From positions 165,230,001 to 165,294,000 of the forward strand of contig NC_042999.1 in NCBI RefSeq assembly GCF_006345805.1: 64,000 bases of DNA, read 5' to 3'. The position numbers were made by a program, and so were the translations under genes. Every line of letters starts with the position of its first letter. The first letter of the stretch is position 1. Below the pieces are notes generated by a model. That model was given only the letters and a program-made list of their open reading frames with translations, had not been told where the DNA came from and made no database searches. The DNA comes from Octopus sinensis. Its lineage: Eukaryota. This document shows, one piece after another, positions 51,186 to 64,000 of the stretch.

Positions 51186-51250
51186 TATTATTATTATTAT
51201 TATTATTGTCATTATTGTCATTACTATTATTATTATTATTATTGTCTATA

Positions 51251-51660
51251 GGCGCAGGAGTGGCTGTGTGGTAAGTAGCTTGCTTACCAACCACATGGTT
51301 CCGGGTTCAGTCCCACTGCGTGGCACCTTGGGCAAGTGTCTTCTACTATAGCCTCAGGCCGACCAAAGCCTTGTGAGTGGATTTGGTAGACGGAAACTGA
51401 AAGAAGTCCGTCGTATATATGTATATATATATGTGTGTGTGCGTGTGTGTTTGTGTGTCTGTGTTTGTTCCCCTAGCATTGCTTGACAACCGATGGTGGT
51501 ATGTTTATGTCCCCGTAACTTAGCGGTTCGGCAAAAGAGACCGATAGAATAAGTACTGGGCTTACAAAGAATAAGTCCCGGGGTCGAGTTGCTCGACTAA
51601 AGGCGGTGCTCCAGCATGGCCGCCGTCAAATGACTGAAACAAGTAAAAGAGTAAAAAAGT
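51251..51660 (+). mobile_element. tRNA-derived SINE family A, full length
   Basis: GGCGCAGGAGTGGCTGTGTGGTAAG head, GGGTTCAGTCCC B-box, CCTTGGGCAAG CORE-like motif, internal microsatellite, (A/G)-rich tail. Confidence 0.9.
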
Positions 51661-51916
51661 ATTGTTATTATTATTATTATCATTATTCAGGTCACTGCTT
51701 GAAATCGAACTGCTAACCACTACGCCATATGCCCGTGGGCAATTATGGAGTGAATTTTAGGACTTATAAATCTAATATTTTTCTTTCCTTCCTTCATACC
51801 GGTTCCCATATGCTGCTCATATCTGCACTCGGTCTACTTAGGAGGTTGTTGTGTCCTAGCATATGTGCTGCTTCTTTTTGTTTTCGTATTTTCCAGTGGT
51901 GTTTTCTGTCTATTAT

Positions 51917-53074
51917 TTAAACTTCATCCCACAGGGAGAAGTGGTCTCCATTTTTCCATACATGATCAGCTATACCCGATTTATCAATATCTCCTCGTTT
52001 CACAGATTTGCGCTGTTCGTCTACCCTTATTTTGCGAAGGCGAAATGCTTCGCCTTTGTATAACCTACCACAACTGCATGGGATGGAGTACACGCAGTCT
52101 TTCGTCATATTCTCTTCTATTGGTGGTTTTACTCGAAGGAGATATTTACTAAGTGTTGTGTTACTCTTGAATGCTGTCCTGATATCATATGGGCCGCATA
52201 TCTTTTGTATCTTTTCGGAGAGGCCATTCACATAGGGTAGACAGACTGTGGACAGTTTATTGGCCTCATCCTCTCTCTTCTTCATAATTGGAGGAGATAG
52301 TATGTTTTGGGGGTAACTGTTGCTTAACAGATCATTATTGAGTTTGATCATTTCTTCGTGGCGTGTATCACGATCGCTACTTATATTCTTTGCACGATGT
52401 TTTAGGCACTGAGCAATCCCTCTCTTTACAGTGTATGGATGGTGGGAATTAAAGCTGAGGTATAGTCCAGTAAAGGTCGGCTTGCGGTATACGGATGTCC
52501 TGAATCCATACTTGGTACGTGTTATCAATACGTCCAGGAATTCCAGCTGATTGTCTTTTTCCTTTTTCATTGTGAACTGTATGGGTGGCTTTATTGAGTT
52601 CACATGATCTAACAGCACTTGGACATCTTCCTGATGGGGCCAGAGTATAAAGATGTCATCAACATATCGCAGCCATAGGGTTGGTTTTAGTGGCGTTGAT
52701 CCTAAAGCCAAATTCTCAAAGTATTCCATGTATATATTGGCTATTACCGGTGATAATGGCGGCCCCAAAGCTAAACCCTCCTCTTGTCGATATATATCAG
52801 TGTCCATACAGAAGTAGGTAGTTTCTACACAGAAGGTAAAATTTTTCATCAAGTTTCTTATTAGTATACTAGTGCATTCTTTTAGATGGGTGTCTGTCAC
52901 TAGTTTTTCTTGTATCACCGATAGTGCTTCACCAGTTGGGACTTTGGTGAACAGGTTTATCATATGAAGACTCACCATCTGGCTGGATTGAATGGGAGTA
53001 TCCTTGATCAATTCTGTGAATTGATCAAGTGCAGATATGAATGAGAACCTAGGTTCGAAATTTTCCCAAGACAC
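51917..53074 (-). pseudogene. PLE reverse transcriptase + GIY-YIG endonuclease, 5'-truncated
   Basis: GLALGPPLSPVIANIYME, WLRYVDDIF, FLDVLI, VYRKPT..GLYLSFNSHHP, LPYV, CVYSIPCSCGRLYKGE. The first ~10 aa come from the inverted repeat; homology continues past the stop to about 51780. Confidence 0.93.
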
Positions 53075-53115
53075 CTGAAGAAGGCTGATAGGTACATCAG
53101 CCGAAACGTTGTGTT
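53070..53115 (+). ncRNA. Minimal type I HHR typical of PLE terminal repeats (site after 53110)
   Basis: GACAC-CTGAAGA-A-GGCTGAT(aggtac)ATCAGCC-GAAA-CG-TT-GTGTT with palindromic AACGTT helix III; decayed copies at 33512-33557 (+) and 50540-50585 (-). Confidence 0.8.
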
Positions 53116-53751
53116 AACAACAAACAAGATGAGGACAAATATCCATCGAATGTAAATAATGTAAATAATGCTGCTGACGATGTGTCTGGGCTTCTCAACA
53201 CATTACATTTGTAAGATTACCACGATTAAAGTTGTTTCCGCTGATGTCATTCCATCATTGTTCCAGCAATTGTGCAGTTAGTTTTTTCTTTCTTTTCATT
53301 TTTAAGGACAGTGGGGTGTGGTTTGGGACTCATTGCAGTAGATCAGGCCACAGCTTTGAGGCTTTTATGTTGGGTCACTACAACATTATTTGCCGTTGAT
53401 ATTGTTGTTGTTAGACCCCAGTTCAGCTCAGAATCGAGCAGACATATCATGAAATCATTCCAACTGTAACCAACCTGTCTTTTCCTACTGTGCAGAGCTC
53501 CCAGAACGATATTATCTAAAGGTAAAGTGTGGTTTGAGGGAGATTTAACTGTTATTTCTAGCAGATCTTTTCACACCAGATAAAACACTTCACGGCATTT
53601 CTTCCAGTTTTATGTTCTGAGTACAAATGTCGCTTGGTTGACTTTATTTTTATATTAAGTATCATTGTAGCATTTGAGTTGAAGTTATTGGCTAACACCT
53701 TCCACTAAATTTCAAGTCTTATGCCTATACTAGGCAATAAAATTGCAGTTA

Positions 53752-53815
<64 letters not shown>

Positions 53816-54216
53816 ATACGTATGCGTATAATAATAATCCTTTCTACTATAGGGGCACAAGGCCTAAAATTTGGTGGTGAGAAGAGAGCTAGTCGATTAT
53901 ACCGACCTCATTATATCGCAAGCGCAGTTGGATTTGAAAAATTAAAATGTATAAGCAAGAGGCACGTACTGGATTGGCCTCGTGTTTATATGTTTAATCT
54001 TGGCGTACCTGTTGACGAAGACTTCGCCTGGTAAATTATTTTATTTGCTAAAAAAGCCAGAAACCATGGCCCAGGAAATAGATGATAAATGTTTTTGTTT
54101 TTCATTCCCTTCGAGAATTTATCCCTAATTAGTGGTCTGGACTTTAGCCGTTCATTCTAGCATAAGGGAGTCCTATGATGAATACCTCTTAATGTGTTTA
54201 AATGTACACCGTATTT

Positions 54217-54310
<94 letters not shown>

Positions 54311-54314
<4 letters not shown>

Positions 54315-54674
54315 AGGAAAATAGGTCAAGGTAGAAAATGCTAAAATGATTTTATCATGAAGAACATTTTAGGCTTTCGGTCTTTGCGGCTTTTTCAACT
54401 TTTTCAACTTCAGGTCCGCTTCTACCTACCTACCTACATACCTACCAACCCTTCATAAATGTAAAACAGAGAGAGTCAGAATAAAGGAAAATGTCCTGTG
54501 TATTTGAAAACTATAGAAATATTTAAAAAACATTCCGTTTAATTTTTCCACAATTTAATTGTTCTTCATGCTTTATCCTAAGTTGTAAAAGTCTCAAAGA
54601 CTGAAACCGATACTAAAATGTCCGTCATGATAAAATTATTTTAGCATTTTCTACCTTGCCCTATTTTCTTTATA
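54311..54674. mobile_element. TA-flanked MITE with ~90-bp TIRs
   Basis: TATAAGGAAAATAGGTCAAGGTAGAAAATGCTAAAAT... is inverted at ...ATTTTAGCATTTTCTACCTTGCCCTATTTTCTTTATA. Confidence 0.85.
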
Positions 54675-54680
54675 CATATA

Positions 54681-55090
54681 GGCACAGGAGTGGCTGTGTG
54701 ATAAGTAGCTTCCTTACCAACCACATGGTTCCTGGTTCAGTCCCACTGCGTGGCACCTTGGGCAAGTGTCTTCTACTATAGCCTCGGGACGACCAAAGCC
54801 TTGTGAGCGGATTTGGTAGACGGAAACTGAAAGAAGCCTGTCGTATATATGTATATGTATATATATATGTGTGTGTGTCTGTGTTTGCCCCCCCCCCAAC
54901 ATCGCTTGACAACCGATGGTGGTGTGTTTACGTCCCCGTAACTTAGCGGTTCGGCAAAAGAGACCGATAGAATAAGTACTAGGCTCACAAAGAATAAGTC
55001 CTGGGGTCGATTTGCTCAACTAAAGGCGGTGTTCCAGCATGGTCGCAGTCAAATGACTGAAACAAGTAAAAGAGTAAAGAATAAAGAGAA
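54681..55090 (+). mobile_element. SINE family A, full length
   Basis: Close match to the 51251 copy. Confidence 0.9.
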
Positions 55091-56314
55091 TATCAACTCG
55101 TGTGTTACTTTTCAACCCTCTACACACACACACATACATACACACCCACATACACACACACACCTATATATATATATATATGTGTGTATGTGTGTGTATG
55201 TATATGTATATATATATAGGTGTGTGTGTGTGTATGTATATATATATGTCTATTTTCATAAAGCTTCCCGTTATATATATATATATATATACGTACGCAC
55301 ACACATATACATGTGTATGTACGCGCGCGTGTTTCTATGTATGTGTCCATAATGATTACTCGTTATGTGAACATTGGATAAACTGCCAGTGTTTGTTATT
55401 TATAACTTCATATTTTCCTGATACGGATCTACTTATTACTCAGATCACCAAAATATTTAAATTAGTAGTTCCTGAATGGTGTAGAGAGTTGTGTACTAGA
55501 AAACTTCAGAGAAGACGAAGCCAGACTATACGTGCTAATTATGAAGATTCAGAATTCGTTAACAGGAAAATAAAATGTCATGTCAAACATATTCTATTAC
55601 AAGGGCTAAGAAGTAAAAACAATAGCTCGCATGGAATTTATAGCCAGTATAAATACTGGTAAATTGAAATCTTATGTAAAAGTGCTAAGTAGCTTTCGAA
55701 ATGTTACTAATAACAATGAAAATCATGTAAAGACTAATTATTATTTTTATTATTATTCTAGTATAAGAGTTTTTCAATAGATCTCCATCCAATATTGGCT
55801 TCATTAATATTAAAAGAAAATGCGTCTAGAAGATTATTTCTTTGGCTCGCCGCCCTGCTGACTTTAAAGAGTTCCGGAAACATCCCACTGTAGCCGTGAT
55901 AGGATTTTGATATTCTAATCGATTGAGAGCTAAAACAGCTTCAACTGCTTTCGCTGTTTGTTCTCAACAATGAAAGAAAACTGACAGAAATATTAACTGT
56001 GAATCTATTTTAGAGAATATCAATGATTTCCGCTGATGCAAATACTAGAAATATCATAGTTCGACCTCACCACACGACAGATCTGTTCCCTTCTTATATG
56101 TGTTATCGTGGTCGCTCAAACTATTGGAAATAGCAACCAAATATTCTTTAGATTACACCCTACCAACTTGAATAGGGAAGGAAATATTTCAAAACCTGAG
56201 AAAAGGATATCGTTGTTGAAACGACGACTCTGGTGCTATGTTTTCTCAGTTAGGGCTAACTTGTGGTTAAATAGCAATGAGATTGTTCAATATGCTAGAA
56301 AGAGCAACTAAATC

Positions 56315-56615
56315 TCCGTGCATTGTCATCGTCTTTCAGGTAGTGTGATCGAGTTGGTTAATCTCCTCTTGTGTTCATTTCAGGATGGGTCCATTATAGC
56401 AACAGCCCATATGTTAATGGCAGTCACGAGGTTCCTTGAGTTCAGTTTTAACTTCAAAAGAAGTTTGAGGCGCTTTAAATATGCAGAAATGACCTTGATT
56501 TCATTTTTCTGTGCAAGATGTTGTCCAGCTCCGGGATCCCAAGGTGCTTGTACCCATTATCATCCGGGTCTTCCATTCTCTTTCCGTTTGGCAATTCTAT
56601 GCCCCTACAATCTGT
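56315..56615 (-). pseudogene. Second, diverged R4/Dong-like RT C-terminal fragment
   Basis: GYKHLGIPELDNILH...AYLKRLKLLLKLKLNSRNLVTAINIWAV, homologous to 58100-58330. Confidence 0.7.
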
Positions 56616-56673
56616 TCTTTTCCCTCCTCCTCCTCCTCCTCCTCCTCCTCCTTCTCTTCCTCATTATTATTAT

Positions 56674-56724
<51 letters not shown>

Positions 56725-56744
56725 TATTATTATTATTATTATTA

Positions 56745-56788
<44 letters not shown>

Positions 56789-56789
56789 T

Positions 56790-59700
56790 AGTTTTATTTT
56801 TATAATGTGCTTTCACCTCACTACCGAGCGCAGCTCCTTGTGCCTTGGGTATGTGCTGTGGTTTGCTGTGATGCTCTTATGGTTACTGTTTGAAAGTGTT
56901 TTATGTAGGATGTGTGCAGTGCCCAGTAGTGCAATTTTCTGTATGTTATATATATTTGTAAGTCCTGGTGTTTTTGTTATGTATTTGTCTGAATATTTTT
57001 TATCATACCTAATGTGCCCACTATGATAGGAAGTGTTTCTGTTTTTAGATTCCACATTCGAGTTACCTCTATTTCCAGGTCTTTGTATTTTGAAAGTTTC
57101 TCCATTTCTTTTAGAGAAACATTGTCATCTGCTGGTATTGATACATCAATTAGAAAGCATTTTTTTCTTCATGATCTCTAACAACAATATCTGGTCTATT
57201 GACCTTAAATTTCTCTATCTGTGTGTATCGGCATATCCCAGAGTATGGTTGTTTTCTCGTTTTCTGGTGTGTGCCTATACCATCTTTTTTCTGTTGTTAT
57301 TCCATAATGTTGGCATAGCTTCCAGTGTATGTAGGTCCCAACTCTGTCGTGTCTGTGAATATTTTCCTTCTTAGCCAGGACTGGGAAGCAAGAGATATGA
57401 TTTATTGTTTCTTGTCCATCTCCACAGTTACTTGTTATGTTTCTTTTCATTATATGTTTTTGGTAATTTTTGGTGGGAAGGCTTTGTTCTTGTGCTGCAA
57501 TTAAAACTCCATCAGTCTCCTTTGAGTCCTGAGCTTCTCATCCATTGCTGGAATTTTCCTCTGTCTATTTCTTTTGCGTTTAGTTTAGCCCAGTATTTGC
57601 CATGAAGGGGCTTTTCTTGCCATCGTTTTATCAAGGTCCGTTGCTGCTCTAGTTTTTGTTTGGATTTCATTTGTTTTATAGCTTTTGTTGTGTCTTCTTC
57701 TTCTTCTTCTTCTTCTTCTTCTTCTTCTTCTTCTTCTTCTTCTTCTTCTTCTTCTTCTTCTTCTTCTTCTTCTTCTTCTTCTTCTTCTTCTTCTTCTTCT
57801 TCTTCTTCTTCTTCTTCTTCTTCTTCTTCTTCTTCTTCTTCTCTTCTTCTTCTTCTTCATATTTGTTAGGTAGTATGACTTCTTGTTTGTATTTGTCAGC
57901 TTCCTTAAATACTGAAAACAGTTTTTTTTTATTTGCTCATGTTTTGTGACTATTTGTATGAGTTTTCCTTGCTTCTGAATTCCTATGGTGGTTATTTTAT
58001 TATAGTTTTCCAGCTGTATAAGGCATCTACCACTTTCTATACGTTGTATATATAGTCTTTCTATGTCAGATTTTGGGTGATGCATCCTAGATCCTGTCAG
58101 TATTTTTCTTGTTTTCCTGTCTATTTTGGTTAGTTCATTTAGTGTCCAGTTAAGGATATTGTAGCTGTAACTTATAATTGGGGCGGCTAGAGTGTTGATA
58201 CCTATTACCTTATTTTAGCATTAAGCTCTGTTTTCGGTATTGATCTAACTCGTCTATAATATTCTTTTTTTATTTTCTCTTTCATTTGTGCGTGTTGTGT
58301 CTTATCTAGTTCATGGATTCCTAAATATTTGTAAGTTTGGCTTTGGTCTAATTCTCTTATTTCATTGGCTTTATCTAGAGTGATGTTGCTACTCTTAACT
58401 AGTTTTCCTCTTTTCAGGGTTACTTTGGCGCATTTTTCTAATCCAAATTTCATATCTATTTCTTTGATAAATCCATGTACTGTCTTTAGTAGTGTTTCCA
58501 GCTGTTTATCATTCGTAGCGTATAGTTTTACGTCATCCATATATAAGTGACAATTGTATCCGCATCCAGTTCTGTTTAGCATATCAGATAAAGGTGGCAG
58601 TGCCAGGCAGAAAAGAAGTGGAGAGAGCGTGCCTCCCTGGAATATTCCACTTCTAATGAGGATGGCTTTGGTTTTTATGAATCCTTCTTTCGTTTGGAGC
58701 TATGTAGCACTGTCTGCCATTTTTTCATAGAGTATCTTATGTATTTTATGATTATTAGTGCTACCTTGTTTATGGCTAGTATTTCTAGGATCCATGTGTG
58801 GAGGATGCTGTCAAAGGCCTTTCGGTAGTCGATCCAGGCCATACTTAGGCCTTTCTTCTTTCTGCGGCTGTCTTCAGTTATGGCTTTATTGATCATTAGT
58901 TGATCTTTACAGACGTATCAGCCCTTGCAGCATCCCTTCTGCTCTTCTGGAAACAGGTTGTTATCTTCCAGGTGTTTGCTCAATCTCTGCGATATTATTG
59001 CAGTAAAGGCTTTGTAAATTGTAGGGAGACAGATTATTGGTCTGTAGTTTTGTGGGATTACCGTTTCAGCGGATTACGGGAATTAGGATAGTTTTCCCTC
59101 TCGTGAGCCATTCAGGCATTGTCTCTGGCTCTGCTTGTATGACGCTAAAGTTTTCAGCCAGCTTTTTGTGTGTTGCTGTCAGATATTTTAACCAGAAGTT
59201 GGGGATCTTGTCGTGTCCAGGTGCCTCCCAAGGTTGACTTTACCTTTCATATTCCTTTCGGAGTCGATAAAATAAGTACCAGTTGTACACTGGGGTTGAT
59301 GTCATCGATTCATCCCCTCCCCCAAAATTGCTGCCCTTGTGGCAAAATTTGTCCTTTTAATAGTCCTTTTCTGTGGTTGTTCCTTGGCCGACCATATTTC
59401 TTTCCAAAATTCTTCCATTTCTGCTACAGGCGCTGCAATGATGTCTATTTTATTTTTGCCAAGTTCTTTGTAGAATTTTGGGGAGTTGGAGTTGAACTGT
59501 TTGTTTTGATCAAAGAAACGTTGGCGTTTCTCATAACGGCGGATCCTTTGTGCTTTGGCAAGGATATCCTGCTTTAGCTTTTCCTGTAATGTATTTGCGC
59601 AGTATTTTTGTTGCCTTCTTACTGCTTAGTAGTTTTGGTTTCTACTAATTTCGTTAAGAATCGACAGATCTTTTCTCTTGTTTTATTTATTTGTGGGGGG

Positions 59701-59790
59701 GGATATTATTTATCCACAGGGTTTGTTTGGGTGGTGGTACTCCTATCTGGATGGGTTTGAGGGAGTATCCAGCTTCTTTTGTGGCTGCAG
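56790..59790 (-). mobile_element. R4/Dong-clade non-LTR retrotransposon (RT + zinc knuckle + restriction-like endonuclease), fragmented
   Basis: MAWIDYRKAFDS, GIFQGGTLSPLLFCL, LYMDDVKLY, YKYLG, C..ETINH..C, HRHDRV, NRPDIV..D, IEV; bounded by (TAA)n on both sides; SINE B inserted at about 59225-59350. Confidence 0.9.
57692..57860. repeat. Long (TTC)n/(GAA)n tract inside the LINE coding region
   Basis: Roughly 50 uninterrupted triplets. Confidence 0.95.
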
Positions 59791-59819
59791 TGGCTGCTTT
59801 ATTATTATTATTATTATTA

Positions 59820-59865
<46 letters not shown>

Positions 59866-59881
59866 TACTAATATTATTATT

Positions 59882-59947
<66 letters not shown>

Positions 59948-59965
59948 ATCATTATTATTATTACG

Positions 59966-60150
59966 GTAAGAGCTGGCAGAATCATTAGCACTCCGGGCAC
60001 AATGATTAGCGGCATTTCATCCGTCTACGTTCCGAGTTCAAATTCCGCCGGGGTCGACTTTGCCTTTCATTCATTCGGGGTCGATAGAATAAGTACCAGT
60101 CGAACAATCGATCCGAGGTAATCGACCAGTCCCTTCCCTTATGCCTGTAG
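59966..60150 (+). mobile_element. SINE family B
   Basis: GAGCTGGCAGAATCATTAGC...GAGTTCAAATTCCGCC...GGGGTCGATAGAATAAGTACCAG. Confidence 0.85.
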
Positions 60151-60329
60151 CAGAAAGTAGTAGTAGTGATGATGGTGGTGGTGGTAGTGGTTTAGCTGTC
60201 AAACAGTCGCTTCTGTTGGATTTGGTTATTCTTTTTTATTCGAACATAATTTAGGTTTGTTGTGCTTATTCTCATTCTACATCAAAGATAAACAGACTTA
60301 AAGTATTGCGTATGTAAAGTATATATATG

Positions 60330-60372
<43 letters not shown>

Positions 60373-61390
60373 TATATATAAAGAGAGAGAGAGAGAAGAG
60401 AGGTGAGGAAGAGACAAAAATAGACTGTATATATACGTAGTGCATATGTGTGTGTGTGTGTGTGTATTTAGGTGGAAAGGTGCCTATTACTATTTGTTCT
60501 TTCTACCTCAACGACAGATATGATGTTTCAGTATAGCAACTACAGTGGTATATCCCTTCATATTGGTTGCTATCTTCTTTGGGGAAAGAAAGAGGAATAG
60601 TAGTAGTTAGAGCACAGGTGGAAGAGGAGGAGGGGAGGAGGAGGAGAAACGGAAGAAGGTGAGGAAAAAGAAGAGGAGGAGAAAGTAAAAGATAAGTCAA
60701 TTCAAATATAAACGGAACAAATAATGAGAAAATTGACAGTAAAATTTCCAACACGTAAAGATATTGTAAAAATATCACATGAGCGACAAAGATATCTTCT
60801 ACAATGACGACAACTCCAACCTCAGCCTCGTAACCAACGTCGATAACAGCCAAGATGAATGAATTGGATTTTAAAATGCGAAGAAAAATATTAACAGTAA
60901 ATGAGGAGTGAAAAGAATATTTTCACAAGCTTAGTTTCAGAGGATAAATTAAGTTTGACGTCACTGTGGCGGATGAGAAGATGCAGTAAATATATTATTA
61001 TATAAACACTGAAGCTACGACCACATTTCTCATTTAAGGAACAAACGGTGAAATATCATCATTGCATTGACCCTTTCAGATATTAAATCTAATTTAATTA
61101 ACAAAGCAAAAGCAGCACAAATTAGCATTGAGGGATTTATGAGAGCGTGCTCTCATTTCTAGAAGGCAAAATAAGAAATTTTTTTATTTCATTTGTTTTT
61201 ATTTTCTATATTTCGGTTGTTTTTACTTTTTTATGTTGCTATGTTTTTCATATCTATTCATTTAGTTGTTCCTGTATTTGTGGGCAGGAAGCCTTCAAGT
61301 AGACTTCCATTACCACAAATGAAACATCTGCACTTTCTACCCTTCACCACCTGGTCTCACAATCTTGCTCCGGAGCCTTTTTATTTTTAG

Positions 61391-61415
61391 AAGAATATCC
61401 GAGGAATTCTGAGAG
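61391..61415 (+). CDS. Candidate 25-nt mini-exon of paralog 2 (phase 1 to phase 2)
   Basis: TTATTTTTAG|AAGAATATCCGAGGAATTCTGAGAG|GTAAGA; joins in frame to 62276 (EYPRNSES-HYDD). Confidence 0.4.
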
Positions 61416-62275
61416 GTAAGATAAATCCCAGGAATCATGCTTAGACAGGAACACTCTAAGAAACTCTTTATGGTAACCATAAAGTGATAATGTACTTCTC
61501 TAATTATATTTTAATAATCCTGACCCCCAACAAATCATTTCCTTCACTAACAGAAGTACTCAGAGATATTCGCTTATAACTCGGACAACAGCAGTAATTT
61601 TTTAACTTCGTATTTTGTGAGGACTTCCAGACTTTGAACTTAGGTCCTTAGTTTTCTAACTCATAACACTGTGTAATACGATTTTTGTCCATGAGTAGCA
61701 GCTATTATTTCCTATTTGCTTATCCCTAGAAAGAGCGAAACATGGCTAATATTTCTTTCAAACTTTTCTTTTGTTACATTTCTTCAAATCCCAAAGAATC
61801 CCTCGGTAACACATGGCTATGAAGCTCCCCCACTACTCTTGCTCATGATGAGGATGTCAGCCACTAAGGAACATGCTCAAGTGGTTAAGGTCAAGCAACT
61901 AACAGACAAATCTGTGGTACTGAGCAGAATATTTGCTATAACAATATTTCAATTTCAGCAACTCAGCACTGAATCTGTCTGAAACGTAACGAAAAATAGG
62001 TCAGTTTCAAAACATTGATGTCCAAGTAACAAAAGCAAAGTTTGATAGGAATAGTAGTCATTTCATTTGATTTATAGATAGAAGCAAATAGAAACACGGA
62101 ACCAAGACCAAACAATTTTGTTACACTGTGTAATTTGTTTTTCCACATCTCGAATCTTTGATATCTGAGATTATCAGTGACACGATGCCATACATTTCAC
62201 CGTTTATTCCACGACTTCTGTGAGGAATACAATCTCGACAACATCATTAGCATATTCTACTTGCTCCATTTTCAG

Positions 62276-62528
62276 CCATTATGATGACGTCAAACCTAAT
62301 TTATCCTACGACGAAATGAAAAAATATTCTTTCTTTTTTCTACTGTTAATATTTTCGATTCGCATTTCTAAATCCTCTGTTGTTGGTGCTGATTTTGTTC
62401 TTGTCAATGCTGTTGACGCTGTTGTTGGTGTTGTTTCTATTGCTGTTAAAATTTTGTTCAATCTACATTTTGAATATTTTTTGTGTGGGAGTTTTAATAT
62501 TATTATTTGCTTTTCTGCTTATGTTTGA
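62276..62528 (+). CDS. Coding-like exon, paralog 2 (HYDDVKPNLSYDEMKKYSFFFLLLIFSI...)
   Basis: Acceptor CCATTTTCAG; gap-free homology with 19182; true 3' end unknown. Confidence 0.5.
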
Positions 62529-62599
62529 ATTAGCTTATCTTTTTACATTCCAGCCCTCCCACCTTTTCCTCTTCTAGAGAAGAGAAAATAGAAACCAAA

Positions 62600-63305
62600 G
62601 CGATAATATCTCTCGTTGCACCTGAATGATGATTGCTCCAATATTTGCTTTATCAATGCTTTATCTCGATAGATTTAAAAACAATTTGGATCCAGCAAGG
62701 TTTAGCCTCAAAGCATAAAGGAATGTTTTAGCTATTATTTACTGTAAGGCCATGGGATTGTATCTTAGTGATTTACAAAAACAAAGTGGGTAGATATAGG
62801 ATGTACCAGTAGTTTTAGCTATGTTTGGTTTTATTGGAGTTAATCATTTGCTTTGTAAGGGTTAATGGTTCAAAGTTTAGTCCAGTATTTAAAAACTTAG
62901 TAATTGGAGTGTCAACGTTTTGCAATAGAATCTTTTAAGGGCTCACAAAAGAATTTAAGTTGGTAGTATGTTTTAGTTGGTCAGTTTTTTTTTTACTTGT
63001 CGTTGTTGTTATTTAGGGTTTTTCCTGTTTGTATTTGGAAGGTGGGAGTTTTTAGTCTGGCGTGTTGTGCTGTTGTTTGTACAGAAATTAGCTTATTTTT
63101 CAGAAGAGTTTCAGATGAGGATGTGAGTAGGTGTCAAGGTTGTTGGTCAGTATGTTCATCGTTCTATAAGTAATTTGATTCATATTAAAAAAAATTAACC
63201 GTTCTGTTTCGTGGCGGTAGCTATTATGGCCTATGTGCTTATAAATATTTCTTGAATTATGTTCCAAACGTGGGTATTTCATGAAATATCTTATTTTGTC
63301 TTCCA
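62600..63305 (-). pseudogene. Degenerate PLE ORF N-terminal region
   Basis: FLNTGLNFEP resembles the LxxGLxFxP motif found upstream of PLE RT; multiple stops. Confidence 0.35.
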
Positions 63306-64000
63306 TGCTGCAATCGAGATATGTATGTATGTACGTACGTACGTATGTATGTATGTATGTATGTATGTATGTCTGTATGTATGTCTGTATGTATGTATGT
63401 ATGTATGTATGTATGTATGTATGTATGCATGTATGTATGTATGTATGCATGTGTGTATGTATATGCATACGTGTGTGTGTGTGTGTGTATGATTACAGAA
63501 AGCTAGTTCATCAGATCACGAGAACATTGCATTGATTTGTGAACATAAAATTATATTGTATAATGCTGAGCATGCATACTGATGCGAACATGAAAACACA
63601 ATTTCCTCCACGCTGAAATTAATATTACATGAAGAAGCTTGCGAAATAGTCGTAATCCAAAGAACATCGAGTGATGAAATGAATAAATATATTCACCTGT
63701 CATACCGCCTGACTTGGTTTATATACTCCTCATGAAATAAGTTTATCGATGGGAATTTCTGGATTTCAGTTGCATGGACACTCTATGTTACACTTCTCTG
63801 GATTGGAATACTATTTGAACTGTTATCCGAGCCCGTAAGAAGAGCTTTCTGAGATAGCCAAACGATTCTCTGAATCTATGTCTTAAACTACAAACATATA
63901 TACATAAATGTATACGTACATGTATGTGTGTATATATACAAATATATATATTTATGTGTGTGCATGTGTGTGTACATAAATATATGTAAACACATATGTA

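Larger units (their letters stand above)
50430..53170 (-). mobile_element. Penelope/Poseidon-type PLE with a 3' terminal repeat and an inverted 5' terminal-repeat piece, carrying nested insertions
   Basis: RT-GIY-YIG ORF, then tRNA-like segment (51680-51745), (TAA)n tract with inserts, and tail (50430-50620). The same tail is inverted at 53040-53170. Confidence 0.85.

Noticed and set aside
55444-55662. Open frame ITKIFKLVVPEWCRELC...
   Set aside because: No recognisable domain; compatible with a chance ORF.

Overview
This is AT-rich, extremely repeat-dense animal genomic DNA. The microsatellite load and the tRNA-derived SINE families look like Octopus (cephalopod); this is recognition, not a database result. 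No complete host gene can be assembled by eye. However, two paralogous coding-like exons about 43 kb apart (19182 and 62276, + strand) differ mainly at synonymous positions, which suggests a tandem gene pair buried in repeats. Mobile DNA dominates the window: at least eight Penelope-like element (PLE; RT + GIY-YIG) remnants, four Tc1/mariner relics, a Tigger/pogo relic, an R4/Dong LINE in (TAA)n, hAT and TA-flanked MITEs, Helitron-like elements, SINEs, and a 2-kb 26-bp satellite. The main result is a cluster of type I hammerhead ribozymes (HHRs), folded by hand. Two adjacent, homologous tandem arrays (about 541-bp units at 6079-8174 and about 600-bp units at 8241-9441) each carry one HHR per unit on the + strand, which is the layout of retrozymes or ribozyme satellites that make circular RNAs. 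Further HHRs lie in a near-perfect 300-bp-arm palindrome (4675-5296), downstream of PLE GIY-YIG ORFs, and in a PLE terminal repeat that also carries a tRNA-like Pol III promoter. All folding and alignment was manual, and repeat boundaries are approximate (tens of bp).
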